From Dehalococcoidia bacterium (GTDB lineage: Bacteria; Chloroflexota; Dehalococcoidia; Plut-88900), in NCBI GenBank assembly GCA_965207225.1, contig CBDBLV010000005.1, positions 576,001 through 640,000 of the forward strand: a stretch of 64,000 bases of DNA. The letters are read 5' to 3'. The first letter of the stretch is position 1. Each line of letters starts with the position of its first letter. The position numbers and the translations under genes are program-made. A model generated the notes under the pieces. That model did not search any database, was not told the origin of the DNA, and worked only from the letters and a program-made list of their open reading frames with translations. Positions 9,994 through 18,288 of the stretch are shown one piece after another.

Positions 9994-11307
9994 CTAGGCG
10001 AAGAGGCCCGGTAAGCCCTCCGGGGGTCGGGTCCCGATAGCGCCCTCGGCCTCCAACTGGTCGGCATAGCTTGTTTCCACACCCGCCAGCTCTTCAAGCA
10101 CATACCTGTTGTGCTCACCCATCAAGGGCGCGGCCATCATCAATGTGCCTGGAGTCTTGGAAAGCAAAGCCGGCGTCCCCGAAAAGGGCATCGTCCCCGC
10201 AGCCGTATGTGGAGTGTCCCAGAAATACCCTCGCTCCTTCAGGTGCCCGTCCTCTACCACGTCCTGGTTGGTGTAAACCGCCGCTGCGGTAACTCCCGCT
10301 GCCTGGAGCCGGTGCATCAAGTCCTTGTAGTCCTCCCCTGCTGTCCACTCGGAAATTTGCTCGTCGATTTCATCCTGGTATTGCCACCGGCTCAGCTGGT
10401 CCTGGTATTTGGGGTCGGAGGCCCAGTCGGGGTTCCCGGCCACTTCACATAGAGCTTCCCATTCCTGGTCGTTCGTGACGGCTATGGTGACCCAGTTGTC
10501 CTCTCCCTTGCACCTGTAGGCGTTATGCGGGGCGTAGTAAGCGTGGTGATTGCCCATCCGCGCCGGATGCTCACCGGTCAACTGGTACCCGAGCACTGAC
10601 TCCCCAATCAAACCGGCCGCAGCCTCGTTTTGCGACAGGTCTATGAACTGCCCTTTGCCTGACCGGCGTCGGTAGTACAGCGCCGCCAGGATGGCGCCCA
10701 CCGCGTTCACACCGGCGTTGGGGTCGGGATACGCTTCCCCCGACTTGTAGGGTTTCGGGCCCGGGTAGCCGATCAGGTTCGATAGCCCCGCGGAAGGTTC
10801 GATATTCGTCCCGTAGCTGACGTGGTTACGATGAGGCCCAGTCATCCCGTATCCCGGCATTGAAATGAAGACGATGGCCGGGTTCAAGGGTTTCACCGAA
10901 GGGTAGTCCAGCCCGAAGTTACGCATCACCCTGGCGCTGTAGTTCTCCATTATCACGTCGGATATTGGCACTAGCCTCCTTGCCAGCTCCCGACAATCGT
11001 CTCGGGAGAGGTCCAGCGTCAGGCTCAGCTTATTCCGGTGGTATTCGTTGAAAATGCCGTATCGATTGTAGGGCTGGTCTCCCGGGTCATTGTCCGGGTA
11101 AACGGAGTGGGCAACCTTTGCATAATGCTTGGGGTCTTCCGGCGTCGGAACCTCCCGCGCCCCCCGACCATACAGTGACTCGATCTTGATGACCTCTGCT
11201 CCGAGGTCGGCCAGAAACCGCGCCCCAATCGGCCCCGACCAGCCCGTTGTGAAGTCCAGCACCCGGACCCCTTCCAACGCACGACTCTTGTCCGCAGGAT
11301 AGTTCAT
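9994..11307 (-). CDS. CaiB/BaiF class III CoA-transferase
   Basis: LEGVRVLDFT, LADLGAEVIKIE, RNKLSLTLDL and GKGQFIDLS motifs. Confidence 0.93.
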   Translation of the reverse strand: MNYPADKSRALEGVRVLDFTTGWSGPIGARFLADLGAEVIKIESLYGRGAREVPTPEDPKHYAKVAHSVYPDNDPGDQPYNRYGIFNEYHRNKLSLTLDLSRDDCRELARRLVPISDVIMENYSARVMRNFGLDYPSVKPLNPAIVFISMPGYGMTGPHRNHVSYGTNIEPSAGLSNLIGYPGPKPYKSGEAYPDPNAGVNAVGAILAALYYRRRSGKGQFIDLSQNEAAAGLIGESVLGYQLTGEHPARMGNHHAYYAPHNAYRCKGEDNWVTIAVTNDQEWEALCEVAGNPDWASDPKYQDQLSRWQYQDEIDEQISEWTAGEDYKDLMHRLQAAGVTAAAVYTNQDVVEDGHLKERGYFWDTPHTAAGTMPFSGTPALLSKTPGTLMMAAPLMGEHNRYVLEELAGVETSYADQLEAEGAIGTRPPEGLPGLFA

Positions 11308-11313
11308 AAGCCC

Positions 11314-12516
11314 TCAGATGATGTTGCGCTCACGGAGTCTCACCAACTCCTCTTTGCTCAGTCCCATGTCTCCGCAGTAGACATCCTCGTTGTGTTCTCC
11401 CAGCAACGGCGCCCGGGTCACATGCCACGGAGTCTCGCCCATCTTGAAGGGTGCGCCGGCGTAGAGCTGTCGTCCCGCCAACGGGTGCTCCAGTGCCACC
11501 CAGTAGTCCCGTGAACTCAACTGGGTGTCCTTGAAGAGCCTGTCGAACGTGGGGACGTACGTGACGGGGATGCGAAGACTCTGCCCTACCTCAATTACTT
11601 CATCCATCGTCCGCTGTATAAGCCACTCTTTCAGAGGTTCGTCGTATTCCTCTTTGTGGTCCCAACGCCCCTCCGCCGTGGCGAAGCGAGGATCGTCGAT
11701 GAGGTCGGGCCTGTCCATCATCAGGAACAGGTTTTCGCTGTGATGGGGCATCACGCTGCTTATGGACACCCATCCGTCCTTGCATTCGTACATGGTCAGC
11801 GGGTGCCCCCCGACCGGATAGTCGTTCCCGGTGCGAATGTTCTTCGCCTGCAGGTGGGTCCAGGTCGTGATCGCGAACTCGTGGTAGTAAGCCATCGCCT
11901 CTATCACTGACACATCGACGTGCTGGCCCTTCCCGCTGGAGTCCCGCCAATAGAGCGCCGCCATGGCCGCATCGAATGCGTGAATGCCCGCCGTGTACTC
12001 TGGCTGAAACCCCGCCCCGACCAAGGGCGCCTTGTCCGCCTCCCCGGTCATGTGCATCTGCCCGGTCAGTGCAAACCCGACCATCGAGTTGCCCTTGTAG
12101 CCCCTGTGCGGCCCCGTCTGCCCGAAATACGTGATGGAAGCCAGCACTACCCCCGGATTGATCTCATCCAGCACCTCGTACCCCATTCCCCGCTCCTCCA
12201 TCGTCCCCGGCATATATGTCTCCACCACCACATCCGCCGACGGAATCAGCGTCTTTAAAGTCTCCACCCCAGAGGTAGTCGAGAGATTCAGCGTGATGCT
12301 CTTCTTGTTCGTGTTCAGGTAAAGATAGGTGGCGCTGGTTTCGGGGTCGGGCAGGTAGTCAAGGAAGGGTCCCATTCTTCGGGAGATATCGCCTCCTGCC
12401 GGGTCCTCGACCTTGATTACCTCCGCACCCAGACACCCGAACAGCTTTGTGCAATATCCCCCCGCTACACCCTCGCTCAGGTCCAGCACCCGAAGACCTT
12501 CCAGGGCTCTATCCAT
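11314..12516 (-). CDS. CaiB/BaiF class III CoA-transferase
   Basis: LEGLRVLDL, LGAEVIKVE, NKKSITLNL and APLLGEHN motifs. Confidence 0.93.
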   Translation of the reverse strand: MDRALEGLRVLDLSEGVAGGYCTKLFGCLGAEVIKVEDPAGGDISRRMGPFLDYLPDPETSATYLYLNTNKKSITLNLSTTSGVETLKTLIPSADVVVETYMPGTMEERGMGYEVLDEINPGVVLASITYFGQTGPHRGYKGNSMVGFALTGQMHMTGEADKAPLVGAGFQPEYTAGIHAFDAAMAALYWRDSSGKGQHVDVSVIEAMAYYHEFAITTWTHLQAKNIRTGNDYPVGGHPLTMYECKDGWVSISSVMPHHSENLFLMMDRPDLIDDPRFATAEGRWDHKEEYDEPLKEWLIQRTMDEVIEVGQSLRIPVTYVPTFDRLFKDTQLSSRDYWVALEHPLAGRQLYAGAPFKMGETPWHVTRAPLLGEHNEDVYCGDMGLSKEELVRLRERNII

Positions 12517-12986
12517 CAGTCGACGTCCCCCGACTCCGCGGCGATACTCGCCTTCCCCACGATCACCTTCTCGCCGAGCTGGTTCTCCATCCAGGTGTCA
12601 AAATAGATCCGGCCCCCCGACTCCCCCTCTTTAGGCTCCCTGACCACCGCCCGGGTCACGAGAGTATCGTTACCGCAGACCATATTCGTGAAAGTTACCG
12701 ACAGCAACCCGCCCCTGTCCCAGCTTTCGCCCAGGTTTTCGTGGAAGAGGTCCCAGATGTACGGCATCGTCTGAATCCCCCCCGCCACCACCCCCCGGAT
12801 CCCATACGACTTTGCCGTTTCCTCATCGTTGTGGATATTTTTCTTGCCCGCAGACCTCCCCCCGAATTCCGCTCCCCGGTTTGTATACGCCAGCACTTCC
12901 TCTTTCGTGAGTACGCGGGTCACGGATGGCAATTCCTTGCCCGGCGTGAGTTCTTTCAAGCTATGCTCCTGTTTGACGCCAGCCAT
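12516..12986 (-). CDS. MaoC-like hotdog-fold dehydratase
   Basis: NIHNDEETAK..GIRGVVAGG resembles the hydratase-2 motif; ends in ENQLGEKVIVG. Confidence 0.8.
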   Translation of the reverse strand: MAGVKQEHSLKELTPGKELPSVTRVLTKEEVLAYTNRGAEFGGRSAGKKNIHNDEETAKSYGIRGVVAGGIQTMPYIWDLFHENLGESWDRGGLLSVTFTNMVCGNDTLVTRAVVREPKEGESGGRIYFDTWMENQLGEKVIVGKASIAAESGDVD

Positions 12987-12993
12987 TTCCCAC

Positions 12994-13446
12994 CTACAGA
13001 TCTATGAGCAAAACGTTCTTGCTCTCTACCAGCTTCACGCCGTCTTCGTCCGTCGTTTCAGATTCCAGCACCAGGAAGTCCCGACCCCTGCGGTTGTACT
13101 TGTCCAGGACGCGACCGGTCACGTCCAGCCGCTTCCCAACTATCGGAGGGTTCAGGTAGTGATGTTCTGCCTTGGCGTGGACCGCCTCCTTGGTAGTGAA
13201 GTCCGACATCCACAGGTCCACGTAATCGTTATCGGTAACGCAGGCGGGGGCTATTTCTCTCCCGGACTCGTCCTTTTCAAGATAGTCTTTGCCCAGATTG
13301 CGCGCTGCGAACAGGGCAATTTCTCGGGTGAGGATGTAGGAATGGGGCCTAAGTGCTTCGCTGGGCTGGGCTTCTTCAAGGGGTCTCATATAGGAAAGGC
13401 AACGCTCTCTGACGGGATGTGTGGAGGCCGGGCCAAATGCTAGCAC
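12994..13446 (-). CDS. MaoC-like hotdog-fold partner subunit (start uncertain, possibly 13389)
   Basis: VHAKAEHHYLNP..GRVLDKYNRRGRDFLV..TDEDG pattern; first gene of the operon with MaoC and the CoA-transferases. Confidence 0.7.
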   Translation of the reverse strand: MLAFGPASTHPVRERCLSYMRPLEEAQPSEALRPHSYILTREIALFAARNLGKDYLEKDESGREIAPACVTDNDYVDLWMSDFTTKEAVHAKAEHHYLNPPIVGKRLDVTGRVLDKYNRRGRDFLVLESETTDEDGVKLVESKNVLLIDL

Positions 13447-13500
13447 CGCCTCCCGTGAGCGTCAATCAATGCTTCCGCTCCCGACCCCACCCCCGTAAGG

Positions 13501-15192
13501 TTATAATTTCCTTCGGTCGGGCCCCCAGCCCGACTCCTCGTTGCCGAGTGGTGTAGTGGTAGCACACGGGACTTTGGATCCCTTGGCCCAGGTTCGAGTC
13601 CTGGCTCGGCAGCCAACATGTACTGTAGACAGAACTGTACCCCCAAGGCTGAAGTATTCGGAATCGCTGGACCCGATGGGGCTGTCTTGGGGCATGGGAA
13701 TCGTGTAGCGAATCGTCGCCTCACTGCTGCCCACCACAATCTCCTTTATGAATGACCGGACAAAGGCTTTGGTTTCCGTAAGCTCGCTTTCCTGGAGAAA
13801 CACACCCATTTCTCGTGCATAGCGTGTAATCGTCTCGACACCATCCAATATGGATGGGTGTTTTGACAGAGCAGCCTGGGCTTCTTCCGCAGCGATTTCC
13901 AGTTGCTCCTGACGTTCCTGGTGTTCTCGGATGCGCGGGACGATGTCGTTGATTTCCATGTCGGTGGTTTCGACAACATGCCAGAGTCGATCCGTGCGTC
14001 GGCGCAATTCGACCAACTCTTCATCAACAGCCTCTATCCTTTCTCTTTGAGCCTTAACTGCTCCGTCAAGTTCCTCGTTAACTAACTTCACCAAGCTCCT
14101 AATGTTGCTCTCAGTCAATATGTTCGATCTCAGTTGGTCAACAATTATTCGTTCAAAACGCTTTGCACTGAGCCTGGGGGTCTGGCACGATTCTCGGCCT
14201 TGTTTAACCAGAGAATTGCAAACGTAGTAGGCATATTGTCCACTTTTGGCCTCTTGTCCAGTTAATGCCTTTTCGCATTGGGCGCATTTCACAAGTCCGC
14301 TGAGAAGATATCGACTGGCAGCTCTTTGAGGGTGGACTTTAGAAGGTGCGTTGGCTCGCATAAGCTTACCAACCCTCCGATAAATGTCGGTAGAGACTAT
14401 GGCCGGGAAAGCGTTCTCTACACGCACCGGGGGAACTTGGTCCTTAGCATTAACTCCCCACAGATTCGTACCGGTGTAAACCTCATTGGTAAGAATTCGG
14501 TGAATGCTCGTTTTTGCCCATCTCTTGCCCCAAGGGCTGGCTATTCCTTCCTTGTTGAGAACCTTCGCGATATCCAGAGTACTCTTCCCGCGATCAGCCA
14601 ACTCGAAAATCCTACGAACTATAGAATCAGCTGGTGAGTTCAAATCCAGTTTCGGACGCTTCTTAGGGCCGTCGGGAACGAAAACCCGCTTGTAACCATA
14701 GGGTGCGCAAGGGGCAACCCAGAAACCCCGAGAAGCCGCCTCCCGCGTTCCGCGCATCACTTCTTGGGCTAGGTTTTCGCTGTAGAACTCATCTACGCTC
14801 TCGATGATGGCCTCCATGAGCTTACCTGTGGGTGAGTCGTCGGCATACTCGGTGATGGAAACCACCCTTATGCCCCGCCTTCTCAGCATGGACTTGAAGG
14901 CGACGGCATGCTCTCGCTTACGGGTGAACCGGGAGAACTTCCAGACCAGAATTTCCTTGAAAGCAGCATTGGTACTTCTAGCCTCGTCCAGCATTCGTCT
15001 GAACTGGGGTCTGTCGGCTATGCGGCCGCTCTCCGCCTCGTCCACGAACTCGCGAACTACGATGTAGCCGTTCTTTTCAGCGTAGTCGCGGAGCGCCCGA
15101 AGCTGGGCGGCCACTGAAAGGTCCACATCCTGCCGGTCACTGGAAACGCGGGCGTAGAGAGCCGCTGGTATCATTTCATCCTGTATATTCAT
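13501..15192 (-). CDS. Large serine recombinase (integrase)
   Basis: ALYARVSSDRQ catalytic motif, FSRFTR, YSENLAQEVMRG, recombinase domain, zinc ribbon (CAQC..YYVC..C) and a coiled coil. Confidence 0.93.
   Translation of the reverse strand: MNIQDEMIPAALYARVSSDRQDVDLSVAAQLRALRDYAEKNGYIVVREFVDEAESGRIADRPQFRRMLDEARSTNAAFKEILVWKFSRFTRKREHAVAFKSMLRRRGIRVVSITEYADDSPTGKLMEAIIESVDEFYSENLAQEVMRGTREAASRGFWVAPCAPYGYKRVFVPDGPKKRPKLDLNSPADSIVRRIFELADRGKSTLDIAKVLNKEGIASPWGKRWAKTSIHRILTNEVYTGTNLWGVNAKDQVPPVRVENAFPAIVSTDIYRRVGKLMRANAPSKVHPQRAASRYLLSGLVKCAQCEKALTGQEAKSGQYAYYVCNSLVKQGRESCQTPRLSAKRFERIIVDQLRSNILTESNIRSLVKLVNEELDGAVKAQRERIEAVDEELVELRRRTDRLWHVVETTDMEINDIVPRIREHQERQEQLEIAAEEAQAALSKHPSILDGVETITRYAREMGVFLQESELTETKAFVRSFIKEIVVGSSEATIRYTIPMPQDSPIGSSDSEYFSLGGTVLSTVHVGCRARTRTWAKGSKVPCATTTPLGNEESGWGPDRRKL
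13542..13615 (+). tRNA. trnQ: tRNA-Gln(TTG)
   Basis: Acceptor stem TGCCGAG/CTCGGCA, anticodon loop CTTTGGA, T-arm GGTTCGAGTCC and encoded CCA; TATAAT at 13502-13507. Confidence 0.95.
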
Positions 15193-15276
15193 TGGTTCAC
15201 TCCTTCATTCCTTCATCACCGTTCATCACTATATCCGTGTTCACTTATCCTTCCTTCCGACACCCATATTCAACTA

Positions 15277-16188
15277 TCAGGGTACCGGTGCCAACTCCCG
15301 CCTGCGGCACCCCGTATCGAAAGCAAGCAACTGGGGGCTGATAGCGGCGCGGTCCTGGCAGTGCACGGCAACGACCAACACCTTGGCCACCCTCCCCTTC
15401 CAGGAGTGGGGCCGGGCTATGATGGCCAGGCCGCCGCAATCGGTGTACTGGGATCTTTCGTGCCGTACGATCCTATCGACCAGGGAGCCGGGTGCAGGCA
15501 ACATGCCCTTGCGCTTAAACAGACCCTGTTCCACCCAGCAGGGGAAGGAGTCCGGCATCCCAAAACCCCGGGTGCGCCGCACCACCGTCGCCTGGAGCAG
15601 AGGTGGCTTCGTCCGGTTCGGAGGGTCACCGTATTCCTTGCGCTCGTACTGCACTGCCATCAACGGCGGGTCCTGCAGAACCTCGGCCAGCCTGGGGATC
15701 ACCGATGCGCAGGAGCATCGGAACGCCTTCTGCAGGGCAAGCACATCCAGCCCCATAATGGAGGTCATGGGGCCGAAGACCCCCGGCTGCATCAGGATTG
15801 CCGCAGCAAGGCGGTCCGCCTCCCTGCACACCGTATGCTCCGGCGCAGAGTCGGTCAGCATGTCCCACAGGGTCTCGTAGATGATCTCGCATGCCTCGTG
15901 GAGCACCGTGTAGTTAGTGCTCCCCTCCCAGAGGCCGTGACGGTAGTAGGTGTCGTAGTGACCCCTGGGCCGCCCGATGTGGGTTACCTTCAGCCCGTCC
16001 ATCTGCCTCTCGTACGCCTCCCTGAACCAGGCACGCCTGAGCGCGGCGCGAAGCTCCTCCAGCTTGGGATTGCCCGAGATCCCAAAGCAGCCCATGAACC
16101 GGGCGGCCAGGTATTCCGGCTCCAGGATATTGTGAGGGGCCTCGGCGCCCAGCAGTTTTCGGCAGAAGTCCTCTCTAGTAACGGTCAT
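15277..16188 (-). CDS. ImmA/IrrE-family (DUF955) metallopeptidase-like anti-repressor
   Basis: YTVLHEACE followed by EADRLAAAILM; overlaps the XRE stop codon. Confidence 0.7.
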   Translation of the reverse strand: MTVTREDFCRKLLGAEAPHNILEPEYLAARFMGCFGISGNPKLEELRAALRRAWFREAYERQMDGLKVTHIGRPRGHYDTYYRHGLWEGSTNYTVLHEACEIIYETLWDMLTDSAPEHTVCREADRLAAAILMQPGVFGPMTSIMGLDVLALQKAFRCSCASVIPRLAEVLQDPPLMAVQYERKEYGDPPNRTKPPLLQATVVRRTRGFGMPDSFPCWVEQGLFKRKGMLPAPGSLVDRIVRHERSQYTDCGGLAIIARPHSWKGRVAKVLVVAVHCQDRAAISPQLLAFDTGCRRRELAPVP

Positions 16189-16616
16189 TCCAGCAACCTT
16201 TTGTTGGTGAATCGCTCGTACATCTCAACTATGAACCGCTTGGCGCTCAGGGAAAGGGGTCCGTTGGGCCGTGTCCCCACCCGGAATACCGGGTCGTCCA
16301 GCACGTAGCGGTAAGCCCGCTCTACCTCCAGCGTCTCCTTGCCGTAGGGGTCGGGCCTACCGGTGCGTCCCGCCCTCTTCATCAGTTCCCTCCGGTCCAC
16401 GTTGTAGATCTCGGCCAGCTTGCCGATGATGTTGGAACCGGGCCTCCGGCCCCCCCTTTCGATCTGGGACAGGTAGGAAGCCGAGATACCAGTGCGTTGC
16501 ATCACATCTCTCAGGCTCAGCTCCCCCCTCAGCCGCCGGAGCAGGGGCCCGATCTCCTCGTTGCCCCCTATCTCTCCGACGACTTCAGGTTCCCGCTTTT
16601 CTCCAGGTTCGTCCAT
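16185..16616 (-). CDS. XRE-family HTH repressor (ImmR-like)
   Basis: LRRLRGELSLRDV..TGISASYLSQIERG motif. Confidence 0.88.
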   Translation of the reverse strand: MDEPGEKREPEVVGEIGGNEEIGPLLRRLRGELSLRDVMQRTGISASYLSQIERGGRRPGSNIIGKLAEIYNVDRRELMKRAGRTGRPDPYGKETLEVERAYRYVLDDPVFRVGTRPNGPLSLSAKRFIVEMYERFTNKRLLE

Positions 16617-16692
16617 GCTGATTCTCCTCTGAGCCGCCCCATGAGCGGACGGTAATAGGTAAGGTACTCCTACTACCTTTCTGCGATATAAT

Positions 16693-16720
16693 TGTTACAT
16701 AGTTGTAACACTAATGTCAA
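16693..16720. promoter_or_regulatory. Palindromic operator TGTTACA-N4-TGTAACA next to a minus-strand TTGACA
   Basis: Palindrome at 16693-16710 and TGTCAA at 16715-16720, in the AT-rich gap between the divergent regulators; another TGTTACA half-site near 16780. Confidence 0.55.
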
Positions 16721-16895
16721 CACTTTTGAAACCGCAACCCTTTATAGCTTTTATTCCCTTGCTTGCATGCATTTGTTATTGTTACACTTGTGCTTATAGT
16801 GCATGTATTCTAATCCCTTCTACACAGCATGCGACAGGCATGGGCCCTTGAGCCTCCGAAGCGGCGGCCCTTGACCATCGAGAAAGACGAATTCA

Positions 16896-17069
16896 ATGAG
16901 CGGCAAGCGGAAGCAAGAACTCACAGCTCAGCAGGAGCGTAAACGTATCGATGGCCTGCGAGTCCTGGCTCGCATAATCGCACGCCACTATATCTCCAAC
17001 CCTCACAACTACCATAACGGGACAGACGCGGATGGGCTGGAGACGCCCCCCCAGGAGGACAAAGTATGA
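16896..17069 (+). CDS. Small hypothetical protein (57 aa, not in the ORF track)
   Basis: Translated by hand: MSGKRKQELTAQQERKRIDGLRVLARIIARHYISNPHNYHNGTDADGLETPPQEDKV; its stop overlaps the next start (ATGA). Confidence 0.65.
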   Translation: MSGKRKQELTAQQERKRIDGLRVLARIIARHYISNPHNYHNGTDADGLETPPQEDKV

Positions 17070-17305
17070 AGCGCAGGCGACCCTCATCTCGTGTAAGGCT
17101 CAATACACGCAGGGTCTGGGAGCTGCTCAACCGGCAGAACATGTCCCAGAGCGAGTTGGCGACCCAGGCCGGCACGTCGTCGAGTTACCTGTCCCAGCTC
17201 ATCTCAGGTACCCGACGGCCCTCCCCGTCTCTTCGCAGGCGGCTCATGGAGGCTCTCGACGTCTCCCGGTTCGACGATCTGTTCATCCTTGAGGTCACCG
17301 AGTGA
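17066..17305 (+). CDS. Cro-like XRE HTH protein
   Basis: MSQSELATQAGTSSSYLSQLISGTRRPS motif; AGGAGG RBS. Confidence 0.85.
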   Translation: MKRRRPSSRVRLNTRRVWELLNRQNMSQSELATQAGTSSSYLSQLISGTRRPSPSLRRRLMEALDVSRFDDLFILEVTE

Positions 17306-17625
17306 GAAGTGGCTTTCTCCCTACCCACCTGATCATCGATGACGGCCTCATACCAGAGGACTTCACCGGGCGCACTGACATACTCAAGGAGGCCACCGTT
17401 CTCTCTTGGGAAGTACTGGTTGCCTGCCTGGGCGTCGAGCCACGCCATCTCCAGCGCTGGCGCAAGAGCACCAAGTCCTGTGGGGAAGGCCTTAGCGCTC
17501 TGATCCTGCTCGCCGTACGCATTCCGGGAGAGTCTATATCCTCATGGGCGTGGACGTATTGCCACCCACGGCGACGTACCGGCATCAGGACCATTAAGAG
17601 AGTTAGTGCAATGTGCGCTTCTTGA
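17302..17625 (+). CDS. Hypothetical protein, possibly a degenerate HTH
   Basis: GTGA overlap with the upstream gene; LVACLGVEPRHLQRWRK resembles an HTH. Confidence 0.45.
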   Translation: MRSGFLPTHLIIDDGLIPEDFTGRTDILKEATVLSWEVLVACLGVEPRHLQRWRKSTKSCGEGLSALILLAVRIPGESISSWAWTYCHPRRRTGIRTIKRVSAMCAS

Positions 17626-17794
17626 TCTGCCGTGCGCCATCCCGTAAGGACCGACTCCCCCTTCTTTGTCGTCCCTTACTTCCAAGCCACCTCGGTGCCG
17701 AATTCTAACACCCCCTGTTATTCCCATTCTGAGGCCGAGGGATGTGCATAACCCCCACTCTGCCAACTTCCAAAGGGTAAGCCCCTCGCCTCGC

Positions 17795-17929
17795 AAAATC
17801 CTGAATTCGGCTTCACTAATGGCTGTCAGAAATAAGTTCTGCTCTGGTTGCTCGGCAACTCATTGGAAAACCCTCAACTGGTGTGGAGTTCATGATTTCT
17901 GATACTTCGTTAGTATCTAAAATGATCAT
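17795..17929 (-). pseudogene. PIN-domain toxin (FitB/VapC) remnant
   Basis: Reads MIILDTNEVSEIMNSTP, then frameshifts to Q*VAEQPEQNLFLTAISEAEFR with an in-frame TGA, then similarity ends; lies directly after the antitoxin. Confidence 0.8.
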
Positions 17930-17939
17930 CGTCTTGGCA

Positions 17940-18185
17940 TCAGTCGAATATCGGGGGTTCTGGCATGGGGTCCCTGGGAGGTATTCTCAATTCCACCCCT
18001 TCAAGCGGTGCAAAACGATTCCTAATGGCCTCGGCCAAGTTCCCTACCTTTGGTCTGTCTGAATAGAGGTTTATACGAAGAATGTCCCTTGCTGCTTGCT
18101 CCATTGAAGTGCCCTTTTCCGCCGCCCTGATTCTGAGTCTCTGCTTTAGGTCTTCATCTAAATTGCGTATCGTTATGCTTGCCAT
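17940..18185 (-). CDS. FitA-like ribbon-helix-helix antitoxin
   Basis: MASITIRNLDEDLKQRLRIRAAEKGTSMEQAARDIL is a typical FitA/StbC N-terminus. Confidence 0.9.
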   Translation of the reverse strand: MASITIRNLDEDLKQRLRIRAAEKGTSMEQAARDILRINLYSDRPKVGNLAEAIRNRFAPLEGVELRIPPRDPMPEPPIFD

Positions 18186-18215
18186 GCCCAAGCCTCCTTG
18201 TGTCTAGTGTGCACA

Positions 18216-18252
18216 AATGTCGGCGTGATTGCATTGCAATCACGCCGACATT
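18216..18252. promoter_or_regulatory. Perfect 18-bp inverted repeat upstream of the TA operon
   Basis: AATGTCGGCGTGATTGCA-T-TGCAATCACGCCGACATT. Confidence 0.7.
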
Positions 18253-18288
18253 AAGCGGACCTTACTTCGAGGCTACGGTCACTAAAGG

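Larger units (their letters stand above)
13616..17625. mobile_element. Truncated integrative element/prophage remnant inserted at tRNA-Gln
   Basis: Recombinase, ImmA-like peptidase and XRE repressor, divergent from a small ORF and a Cro-like HTH; lower GC in the recombinase 3' half. No distal att copy was found, so the right boundary is approximate. Confidence 0.7.
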
